Source: Candidatus Heimdallarchaeota archaeon
GTDB taxonomy: Archaea > Asgardarchaeota > Heimdallarchaeia > Heimdallarchaeales > Heimdallarchaeaceae
Reading direction: 5' to 3'
Assembly: GCA_019057815.1 (NCBI GenBank)
Contig: JAHLWR010000015.1
Location: 25,248 to 89,247, forward strand
Length of the DNA: 64,000 nucleotides
Shown: positions 28,431-37,087 of the stretch, in pieces
Layout: the number at the start of each line of letters is the position of its first letter
Numbering within the stretch: the first letter of the stretch is position 1
Position numbers and translations under genes: made by a program
The notes under the pieces: model-generated
The model's database searches: none
Told to the model about the DNA's origin: nothing
Seen by the model: the letters and a program-made list of their open reading frames with translations, nothing else

Positions 28431-29258
28431 TTAATATACAAATTGTAATTTAACCATAAATCCCTTATGATCAGAAGATTGCTCATTTTTATACAATTCA
28501 GCTGATCCTTTTACAACAGTGCAATAATCATTTACGAAAATATAATCTACTCGTAAAATCGGAAACGAGACATGCCAAGTTTTTCCAGCAAAAGGTGGTT
28601 TTCCAGAAGATATCCATGCATCGTGAAAAGTTGTGAATAATCTCCAATAAGTTAAGTCAAAAATAGAATTTGGAGTATTAAAATCACCGAGGACTATTGT
28701 GGGGACACTGAAATTTACTGCATTAATTATTTGGTTAGCTTGTTTAATTCTGTTGAAATAAAATGCTGGCCAACTAAGATGTGTAGTAATAACTGTGATT
28801 ACAGTTATATTGATTTTTATTTGTGCAGTAATAAAACCTCTAGGGAGAGAATTCTTGGCATCAGGTAATTTAGTGAAGGTTGAATTAATTATTTCATATT
28901 TAGAAAGAATAGTTAGACCATATGTTATTTGATTATATTCTTCAAGAGAAACAAAATATTCATAGGAGAGTAAAGAAGCTAATTGACTAATATTAACTTC
29001 TGATCCTTGGTAAAACATCCTATATGCTTCTTGTAATGCCACAATATCTGCATCAACTTCAGAGAGTAAATCAATAACTCCATCATCTAACCCTTTTCCT
29101 ACATTATAAGTAAAAACTTTAACAGAATTAGAGTCTTGGCTTGTTACATTTGCTGAAAAAGAGACAAAAAAGGGGATAAGAATCTGTAAAAGACAAATCA
29201 TCATTATTATTGCTAATAGCCAAATAATTTTGTTCTTATGTTTTTTAAAGAATTTCAA
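28431..29258 (-). CDS. Endonuclease/exonuclease/phosphatase (EEP) family protein with N-terminal TM
   Basis: TYNV, DIVALQE, TTHL, LGDFN, VDYIF, SSDH. Confidence 0.9.
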   Translation of the reverse strand: MKFFKKHKNKIIWLLAIIMMICLLQILIPFFVSFSANVTSQDSNSVKVFTYNVGKGLDDGVIDLLSEVDADIVALQEAYRMFYQGSEVNISQLASLLSYEYFVSLEEYNQITYGLTILSKYEIINSTFTKLPDAKNSLPRGFITAQIKINITVITVITTHLSWPAFYFNRIKQANQIINAVNFSVPTIVLGDFNTPNSIFDLTYWRLFTTFHDAWISSGKPPFAGKTWHVSFPILRVDYIFVNDYCTVVKGSAELYKNEQSSDHKGFMVKLQFVY

Positions 29259-29332
29259 TATAATTTAAATCTAAGTCCAATATTATTAAAACACTTGCAA
29301 ATAAAGAAGAAATATAATCATTAACATCCTAA

Positions 29333-29476
29333 GTCGTTTCTAACTAACGACTAGGTACCTTAGTAGTCGTCTCTAACATACGACAACAGTACCAAAAGTT
29401 ATTTTTACACTCTCTAATTACTTAATAATTTTTTCTTCTTGATGATTCAACAATTTAGTCGAAGTTTTCTTTCGAC
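29333..29476. promoter_or_regulatory. Three palindromic GTCG-N11-CGAC sites (putative operators)
   Basis: Exact matches at 29333-29351, 29366-29384 and 29458-29476 in an AT-rich divergent intergenic region. Confidence 0.6.
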
Positions 29477-29730
29477 AAAAAGATTCCCTTATAAAACTAT
29501 CTGTTGACCTTCTTATTTTTCCTTAATTACAAAGTTTCAAATCAAATATTACAAGACATAGAAGTAGTAAAAACCAAACCTTTGGGAATGATTAATCTAG
29601 GAGAAAAAGTAAGTTTGTGGAAGAGATTATTTAGACGATATAAACACAAATAATTACTCCCTTATGATGGAAACTGGATAACGATAAAATACCCAAAAAG
29701 TTTAAATAAAAAAAAAGAATTAACGAGTCT

Positions 29731-32700
29731 ATGACCTCGAAAAGAAAAATAATTTCAATTGTAATGTTATTGTGTTTTAGTCTCAATTTATTAGTTTTCA
29801 CAATAGATAGAACTGCAGCAAAACTAGACGAAAAACAGCCGTTAGATCCTAAAGCAGAGCTCGATTCTCTCACAATAGCTGATTTAGATTGGCAGGCTTG
29901 TGATATTGACCGCGATATTACTCTACCGTTTACTCCCCGTTCAAGTGGAGGATACTCATATGATAAAACAGACACTTCTTTACATATGGAGGAAACGACT
30001 GGAACTTACCTTCTTAGGGCTGGATGGTATAGTAGTTTTGATATTACCAATGAAGTTTTTTCATTAGAGTTTGAAGGAAAAGCAAAAGCAGGACATATAG
30101 ATGCAATTAATCTTGCTATGTATGTCTTTGATAATAAAACTAAAAAAAACCTGTATATGGTAGGTTGTTATCTTGGAACAGGTTTGGAAACTGATTATAT
30201 ATCTTTTAATTCAACTTTTATAACTCCGGATATTACTGAAATTCTCATATTTTTCCTTTACAGCGATGGTTTTTCAGCAAATTGGGGAATAGAATTTTGG
30301 ATTCAGAATCTGGTCATTAAGACAGATATTGAAAAGTCTTCATTAATTGATGAAGAAGTATCGGAGATTTTCACTAGCAACCACTCTAAAACAATGGGGC
30401 TTTTTTGGAAAGATAACTATCTATTGAATACAGGATTAAATGCAACAAGTGGTACGAAAAGTGTTGCTAAAATTAACCCTTTATCAGGTGAAGTTGTGGA
30501 GGTATACGAAGTTAATATGTTCTATGATTTAACTTTCGATGGTACGAATTTTTGGATAGTTTTTGCAGATAGAGATTATTATCTAGTCTACAAATATGAT
30601 TCCTCCTTTAATAATGTAGGCTCAATTACTTTGCCTTTTGATCTTATTGGAGGTATAACAACGGATGGTACGGATTTATTTGTTGTAGATTATGAAGCTG
30701 ATTTAATTCATAAGATAAACCGAAATACTGGGGCGATAATTTCATCTATTCCTGCACCTGGAACAAGAGTTAGAGGTTTGGAATATAGAGAAGGTTTTCT
30801 CTGGGCAACTGACTCAGATTCTCATCAGTTTTTCAAGATTTCTCTAACAGATGGCACTATACTTGAAACTTATAATTCTGCGTTTGAGAATCCTTTTGGA
30901 ATAACTATTGATGATGAAGGTTTCATTTGGTTAACTTCAGTGTCATGCAAATTAATATACAAAACTAATGTCAATGTTATTTCAGACGCTGTCCCTCCTG
31001 TCATTACTCATCCTTCTGATATAACTTATCCTGAGGGTACATCTGGTCACTCTATCATTTGGACTGGCACTGACGACAATCCTTCCATTTACTCAGTTTA
31101 TCGTGATGACATTCTAGTTTCTTCTAGTTCTTGGTCTTCTGGTATAGGTATTACTTACAATGTTGATGGCTTATCTGAAGGTACATACAACTTTACTATT
31201 GTCCTTACTGATGCTGATGACTTGTCTGTTAGTGACATTGTCTGGGTTACTGTTACTCATGCTTTCATTACTCCCATTATAAATCAACCTGATGACATAA
31301 CATATACTGAGGGTACAACTGGTTATTCTATCGCCTGGACTGGCACTGACGACAATCCTTCTACATATTCAATTTATCGTGATGATGTTCAAGTCTCTTA
31401 TAGTTCTTGGTCTTCTGGTGTAGTGATTTTGTATAATGTTGATGGCTTATCTGAAGGTACCTACAACTTCACTATAGTCCTTATAGATGTAGATGGTTTA
31501 TCTGTTAGTGATACTGTCTGGGTTACTGTTACTGTTATTCCTACTCCTCCAGTTGTTACTCACCCTGATGATATTACTTATATCACGGGTATAACTGGTT
31601 ATTTCATCATTTGGACAGGTACTGACGACCTTCCTTCCACTTATTCAATCTATCGTGATGGTGTTCTAGTCTCTTCTGGTTCTTGGTCTTCTGGTGTAGG
31701 AATATCGTATAATGTTGATGGCTTATCTGAAGGGATATACATCTTCACTATTGTCCTTATGTCTACTGATGGTTTTTCAGTTAGTGACACTGTTTGGGTC
31801 ACTGTTACTCCTACTCCAATTCCACCTATTATTGATCAACCTGATGATATAACTTATACTGAGGGTACAACTGGTTATTCCATCATTTGGACAGGTACTG
31901 ATGACAACCCTGATTATTACTGGATTTATCGTGATGGTGCTCTAGTCTCTTCTGGTTCTTGGTCTTCCGGCGTAGGAATTGCATATAATGTTGATGGACT
32001 TATTAATGGTGTGTATAACTTCACTATCCTCATTACAGATTTTGACGGATTATCTGTTAGCGACACTGTTTGGGTCACTGTTACTTCTGCTCCAATTCCA
32101 CCTATTATTGATCAACCAGATGATATAACTTATACTGAGGGTACAACTAGCTATTCTATCGTCTGGACAGGTACTGATGACAATCCTTCAGCATATTCTA
32201 TTTACCGTGATGATGTTCTAGTCTCTTCTGGTTCTTGGTCTTCCGGCGTAGGAATTGCATATAATGTTGATGGCTTATCTGAAGGTACCTACAACTTCAC
32301 TATCCTTCTTGTGGATGACGATAGTTTTTCAGTTAGTGACACTGTTTGGGTCACCGTTACTCCTGCTCATACTCCAACTCCTCCTTCTATTAATCATCCT
32401 GCTGACATAACTTATATTGAGGGTACAACTGGTTATTCTATCGTCTGGACAGGTACTGATGATAATCCTTCCACTTATTCAATTTATCGTGATGGTACTC
32501 TATTCTCTTCTGGTTCTTGGTCTTCTGGTGTAGGTATTGCTTATGATATTGATGGCTTATCTGAAGGTACCTACAACTTCACTATTGCCCTTATGGATGT
32601 GGATGGTTTTTCAGTTAGTGACACTGTTTGGGTCACCGTTACTCCTGCTCATACTCCAACTCCTCCTTCTATTAATCATCCTGCTGACATAACTTATATT

Positions 32701-33042
32701 GAGGGTACAACTGGTTATTCTATCGTCTGGACAGGTACTGATGATAATCCTTCCACTTATTCAATTTATCGTGATGGTACTCTATTCTCTTCTGGTTCTT
32801 GGTCTTCTGGTGTAGGTATTGCTTATGATATTGATGGCTTATCTGAAGGTACTTACAACTTCACTATTGTCCTTTTCGATACTGATGGTTTGTCTGTTAG
32901 TGATACTGTATTAGTTACAATACTAGAATCTGAAACAAGCAGTACAGTGAATGTAGGGTATAGTTCCTTAGCTATGGTTGTTTTAGTATCCCTAGTATCC
33001 CTAGTATTATACCGAAAGAAATATCTTAAGAAAAATAATTAG
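29731..33042 (+). CDS. Large surface protein: N-terminal domain, beta-propeller, 7 Ig-like repeats, C-terminal anchor
   Basis: Signal peptide; propeller-like DLTFDGTNFW/GITTDGTDLF/GLEYREGFLW; 7x PP..P.DITY.EG..WTGTDDNP..DGLSEGTYNFTI; TM plus RKK. Confidence 0.88.
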   Translation: MTSKRKIISIVMLLCFSLNLLVFTIDRTAAKLDEKQPLDPKAELDSLTIADLDWQACDIDRDITLPFTPRSSGGYSYDKTDTSLHMEETTGTYLLRAGWYSSFDITNEVFSLEFEGKAKAGHIDAINLAMYVFDNKTKKNLYMVGCYLGTGLETDYISFNSTFITPDITEILIFFLYSDGFSANWGIEFWIQNLVIKTDIEKSSLIDEEVSEIFTSNHSKTMGLFWKDNYLLNTGLNATSGTKSVAKINPLSGEVVEVYEVNMFYDLTFDGTNFWIVFADRDYYLVYKYDSSFNNVGSITLPFDLIGGITTDGTDLFVVDYEADLIHKINRNTGAIISSIPAPGTRVRGLEYREGFLWATDSDSHQFFKISLTDGTILETYNSAFENPFGITIDDEGFIWLTSVSCKLIYKTNVNVISDAVPPVITHPSDITYPEGTSGHSIIWTGTDDNPSIYSVYRDDILVSSSSWSSGIGITYNVDGLSEGTYNFTIVLTDADDLSVSDIVWVTVTHAFITPIINQPDDITYTEGTTGYSIAWTGTDDNPSTYSIYRDDVQVSYSSWSSGVVILYNVDGLSEGTYNFTIVLIDVDGLSVSDTVWVTVTVIPTPPVVTHPDDITYITGITGYFIIWTGTDDLPSTYSIYRDGVLVSSGSWSSGVGISYNVDGLSEGIYIFTIVLMSTDGFSVSDTVWVTVTPTPIPPIIDQPDDITYTEGTTGYSIIWTGTDDNPDYYWIYRDGALVSSGSWSSGVGIAYNVDGLINGVYNFTILITDFDGLSVSDTVWVTVTSAPIPPIIDQPDDITYTEGTTSYSIVWTGTDDNPSAYSIYRDDVLVSSGSWSSGVGIAYNVDGLSEGTYNFTILLVDDDSFSVSDTVWVTVTPAHTPTPPSINHPADITYIEGTTGYSIVWTGTDDNPSTYSIYRDGTLFSSGSWSSGVGIAYDIDGLSEGTYNFTIALMDVDGFSVSDTVWVTVTPAHTPTPPSINHPADITYIEGTTGYSIVWTGTDDNPSTYSIYRDGTLFSSGSWSSGVGIAYDIDGLSEGTYNFTIVLFDTDGLSVSDTVLVTILESETSSTVNVGYSSLAMVVLVSLVSLVLYRKKYLKKNN
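30990..32920 (+). repeat. Seven ~276-282 bp tandem Ig-like domain repeats; the last two essentially identical
   Basis: AGTTAGTGACACTG at 32331 and 32613 (282 bp period) followed by a long identical stretch. Confidence 0.92.
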
Positions 33043-33124
33043 AAGAGAACATCCCTAACTTTTTCTTCTTTCTCCTTTTTATGTCAATAAACTTCTATTC
33101 TTAATTCTTTGATAAAAGAGTAGT

Positions 33125-33236
33125 GGAGAGGGATCTCGTCCGTAAAAACGAAGAGTGAGTTCTGATTTTACAAGGGGGTTTGGGAGGATGTTTCCATCCC
33201 CCTCGGAAGATAGGGTTTGTGACGGAGCCCTTCTCC
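33125..33236 (-). ncRNA. Candidate structured non-coding RNA (~112 nt)
   Basis: GC-rich island; ends pair (GGAGAAGGGCUCCGUC / GACGAGAUCCCUCUCC); internal GGGGGAUG-GAAA-CAUCCUCC hairpin; TTTAAATA box at 33259-33266; T-rich tract downstream. Confidence 0.6.
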
Positions 33237-33337
33237 AATAAATCAATAGAGAAAATGGTATTTAAAGCTTGAAAGACACCCCCATAATTGAAAGTAATAA
33301 AAACCCTAGAAAAATTCACTAAAAACGACACTCTATT

Positions 33338-35146
33338 TCATACATACGCATCTGGATTTTTCTCTTCAAAGAACTTCTCTATGGCTTGAATCATTCTTTC
33401 TATAGACTGATGCCTTTCAAAATGAAATTCCCTTGAAAACCTTGTTCCTCTGGGATCAAGCAATATATGAACTGCTGCATCACCTTTATTTCTTATCGCT
33501 CTTCCAAAACTTTGTGACAGTCTTTGTATTGTTGGGATAACTATCGAAAATTCTTTAGCGAGTTTTTCTCCAAACTGATTACTTAATTCATCATAAATAA
33601 GATTGCTTTCTTCAGATGGAGGTGGAAAGGGGAGTGCTGTAGCAATTATACCTTTTATCAAACTTCTTCCTTGATAAGTGAATTCTATCCCTTCAGCTAT
33701 TTTCCCCCCTGTAACACAGAGTATCAGCTTCTTACTCTCAACATTCGTAAGTATTGTCTGTAAAGTAGTTATGTCTTGACCTTTTGTTTCAACTATATCA
33801 GGTTTAAACATTCCTGTATCTATTAGCTCATTAATGTAAGCATAACTTGGTGTGAAAACAAGTGTGTGACCTGGTATAGATTTGAAAAGTTCTGAAATAC
33901 CTTTAGCGACTATACTAAAATACTTCTCATCTCTATTTTCATATTTGGCATTGTATAATTGATTGCACAAAACCAAATATTTACTCTTAGCTTCTTCTTT
34001 TTGAGGAAAAACTCTCAAAGTTTTACAAGCTGGGATTTGGAATAAGCGAAGATAGGATTTTATTGGTTCAAAACTACCTGACATGAAGGTTAGACGCTGT
34101 GCGTAATGAACTTTTTTTAACATGTCTGAGGGCATAATATTGACAATTGACAGTTTTTTTCCATCTGAAATGACTTTCTTATCTTTTGCTGAGAGAATGA
34201 AATGATAACATAGATAAGCATGAATTGCAGGTAATTTTTCATTTCTAATCTGAAATTGTAGGTGTTTTAGAAGATCCTCACCTAAAACTTGAAGCAGATC
34301 TTCAGAATAATTCACTTCGAATATCTGTTTCTGCTCTAGTTTTTTAAATAAATCAGAGTAGATACAGTTCGGGTATTCTTTAACAGCTTTTTCTAGAATA
34401 TTTCTCTGAATTTCTTGATTTAAAGGTTTATACAAATTGTGAGCTTCATCTATAGCTATTAGCGTTTTATGTAGGGGGACAGAAACGCTATACAATAACC
34501 TTGTATTAAGTGTAGAATTTTCAAGGAATGGATATGTTGCGATGATTATATCCGCTTTTTGCATTAAGAGATAAGACAAGAAATAGGGGCAATATTCTTC
34601 TTTATTAAAACAAGAATATAAATCATCAGCAGAAAGAATTTGAGGAAAAGATCTGATAAGTCTACTTATTGTCTGTAAAAGCTGGTTCTTATTTATTTTT
34701 TGAGTTTTCTGTTTGAGAGAGCATTTAGTTAATCTGCATATATGTGTATACAACTCTCCTGGATATTCGCTTCTTGCTTTCAGGCAAAGTTCATTTTTAC
34801 CTAACATAGGCATCATAATAGGAAAATTATCAAAATGTTCTTCTAGCAAATTCCAGTTATTCATTATTTTTTGGAATATTTTTGATAATTCTCGCAAGTA
34901 AACGTTTATTTGAGCTTTAGTTCTTACGAAGATTATTATTTTTTCCTCACTTTTCTTAATTGTTAATAGAGCTGTTAACAGTGCAGCTGTTTTCCCCACT
35001 CCTGTTTCAGTGCTTATTAGTATAGGTTTTTGGGAGGATAATAAGGATAGTATCATACTTTTTTGAGTTTTTTTTATACTTGAATATGGGAAAATAAGAT
35101 TCGCTATATCCCAAAGCTGCTCTATATTTACATTAGTCTGAAACAA
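33338..35146 (-). CDS. XPD/Rad3/DinG-family Fe-S helicase
   Basis: TETGVGKT, four Cys (ELC..HIC..KC..YCPY), IDEAHNL, MSGS, GGKIAEGIEF, QSFGRAIR. Confidence 0.9.
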   Translation of the reverse strand: MFQTNVNIEQLWDIANLIFPYSSIKKTQKSMILSLLSSQKPILISTETGVGKTAALLTALLTIKKSEEKIIIFVRTKAQINVYLRELSKIFQKIMNNWNLLEEHFDNFPIMMPMLGKNELCLKARSEYPGELYTHICRLTKCSLKQKTQKINKNQLLQTISRLIRSFPQILSADDLYSCFNKEEYCPYFLSYLLMQKADIIIATYPFLENSTLNTRLLYSVSVPLHKTLIAIDEAHNLYKPLNQEIQRNILEKAVKEYPNCIYSDLFKKLEQKQIFEVNYSEDLLQVLGEDLLKHLQFQIRNEKLPAIHAYLCYHFILSAKDKKVISDGKKLSIVNIMPSDMLKKVHYAQRLTFMSGSFEPIKSYLRLFQIPACKTLRVFPQKEEAKSKYLVLCNQLYNAKYENRDEKYFSIVAKGISELFKSIPGHTLVFTPSYAYINELIDTGMFKPDIVETKGQDITTLQTILTNVESKKLILCVTGGKIAEGIEFTYQGRSLIKGIIATALPFPPPSEESNLIYDELSNQFGEKLAKEFSIVIPTIQRLSQSFGRAIRNKGDAAVHILLDPRGTRFSREFHFERHQSIERMIQAIEKFFEEKNPDAYV

Positions 35147-36929
35147 GATCTAACCTTCCTTTGACAGCTTGATAAAGTTCATCTGCTCTTGGTTTAATGA
35201 AAAGGCTTTCTAGCATGTCTAGATTTAGACTTTGAGGATTAAGCGATTCTTCGTTTGGAAAATAGGAAGAGATCTTTTGAGCTTCTTCTCGAGTACAATT
35301 TGAAAGAAATTGAATATAGACAATGCTATCATTATAACCGTCATCAAATTTTTTCATTGTTTTCGAGTCACTTTGTTGCTGGTTTTTTGAGAAAGTTCTA
35401 ACAACATTGAGCATAGCTTTGGTTCTATTATTCATCCTTTCGCTAATTTTGTTGTTGAAGAGTTTCTGCTGATTTCTAGCTAAAACTTTCTGAACATTCA
35501 GTTGAAGAGATATTTTCTCAAAATTTTTCTCTCTACTCAAGTATTTGTAAAGAATTTTTTCTTCTAATGTTCTATGAGTGATGAAAATATATCTTTCTCC
35601 TTCATTCTCTTTCCTTTCAGTAAACCATGTCACTCTTTTTGGGACATTGAAATAAATCTCAACATCTGATTCTACATTTATTTTTTTTGTGACTATCAAA
35701 ACATTAAGCTTACCTGAGTTGTAATCTTGAATTAGCTTCTCTTTTTCTTTTTTAGAATAATTACTTGACATGAACCTATTTGATAAACCTAAAGTCGCTA
35801 TACGAATAGGTAATATATTAGCTATGGTTTTATTATTAACTATAACTAAGAATCGAGAATAACCTTTTTTCTCTCTTAAATTACTGATTAACTGTATAAA
35901 TCTAGAAATTTTTGGGTGTTCTGTTTGAGTTTCTAAGAATTCAATTTCACTGATTAAATCTTTAATTAAACGTGAATTAACGAATTTCTGACGCCATTCG
36001 TAAAGATAAGCTGAACAATTACCTTCCAAAACTTTTTTTCTTTGAAATAGAATATATTGTTTAGCTGCTCTAAGACCAAAGACTTCCAATAATTCTTTGA
36101 TATTTTGGATATTGATATACTCAACCATTTTTTGTATATACCCATCTGCTTCCGTATAACCATATTCTAGATGTAGTTTTTCAGAAATGTTTTTTATCTT
36201 GCTTTTAATAGTAAAAGGATTAAGATGTAATTTTTTCTTAAAAAGCGTTTCATACTCTTTGAGAGTTCTATTCAAATCGTAAACTAAATTGTATATAGAC
36301 TTGTTTAAGGGTACAACTATGTGTTTCTCATGCGATTTCAACAAGCTATTCTGGATCATTGGGTTGCTTGATTTGCAAAACTCTATCTTTGTTATCAGTA
36401 GATGAGAACAGATTTCAGCTATTTCTTCTGCTTGCGTAAAAGGATAAGCTGTAAATCCCACAATTTTAATAAAAGGATTTGTTTGATAGAATACTTCCAG
36501 TAATTTTACACTAGCATGTTTACCTTTGATTGTGTGTGCATGATCAAAGATTAGAAAACCAAAATCGTTAGAATTAAGGTTTTTACGTAACAAATCGTTG
36601 TGAAATAGGTGAGGTGTTATTACAACTATTCTTTTCTGAGCATAAGATCTTTTACGTTTCTCTGTAGATTCTAATGAAGTCGGAAAGTAAATTTCTTTTT
36701 CTGCAAATTCTTTATTCTTGAAATAATTCTCATAGTAGCTTTTAAGTGATGATTTAGGGATGATTATAGCTATTCTTTTTTCGGAAAATTTGCGACTATA
36801 ATGACCGATTATCGATAGAATGATATTTTCTTTATCCAAATTAATTGGATGGAGTAATAGCAAATTCTCTTTTGATGTAAGACCTAAAATTATCTGGCTA
36901 TATGTGTCAGGTACATAATTCATTGTCAA
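35133..36929 (-). CDS. Hef/FANCM-like SF2 helicase-fold protein with degenerate ATPase motifs
   Basis: LLLHPINLDK in place of LPTGLGKT, ITPHLFHNDL, LIFDHAH, IVGFTA, EHPKI; no recognisable motif VI. Confidence 0.75.
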   Translation of the reverse strand: MTMNYVPDTYSQIILGLTSKENLLLLHPINLDKENIILSIIGHYSRKFSEKRIAIIIPKSSLKSYYENYFKNKEFAEKEIYFPTSLESTEKRKRSYAQKRIVVITPHLFHNDLLRKNLNSNDFGFLIFDHAHTIKGKHASVKLLEVFYQTNPFIKIVGFTAYPFTQAEEIAEICSHLLITKIEFCKSSNPMIQNSLLKSHEKHIVVPLNKSIYNLVYDLNRTLKEYETLFKKKLHLNPFTIKSKIKNISEKLHLEYGYTEADGYIQKMVEYINIQNIKELLEVFGLRAAKQYILFQRKKVLEGNCSAYLYEWRQKFVNSRLIKDLISEIEFLETQTEHPKISRFIQLISNLREKKGYSRFLVIVNNKTIANILPIRIATLGLSNRFMSSNYSKKEKEKLIQDYNSGKLNVLIVTKKINVESDVEIYFNVPKRVTWFTERKENEGERYIFITHRTLEEKILYKYLSREKNFEKISLQLNVQKVLARNQQKLFNNKISERMNNRTKAMLNVVRTFSKNQQQSDSKTMKKFDDGYNDSIVYIQFLSNCTREEAQKISSYFPNEESLNPQSLNLDMLESLFIKPRADELYQAVKGRLDLVSD

Positions 36930-37087
36930 ACCCTCTTATAAGACCTAATCTTCCTGTTATTTTTATCACTCATTATGATAATCTGTAAATTAGTTTATAA
37001 GGAGGAAAAATGTTGTAATATTTAATTCTTCCAAAAAAGAACTAAAATTGGGAAAAACTTACATATTATTAGTTATCTTAACTTATT

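Noticed and set aside
29331-29393. Two palindromic direct repeats as a mini-CRISPR
   Set aside because: Only 33-bp period, imperfect, no spacer-length unique sequence and no cas genes; better explained as operators
33121-33240. tRNA, 5S rRNA, Y RNA or telomerase-like RNA identity for the structured element
   Set aside because: No cloverleaf with a proper T-loop and no 5S conserved loops; the GUCCG/UGAC and AAACCC similarities are too short to support a call
33101-33331. 76-aa ORF over the structured element
   Set aside because: No protein-like features; overlaps a better-supported RNA structure and promoter
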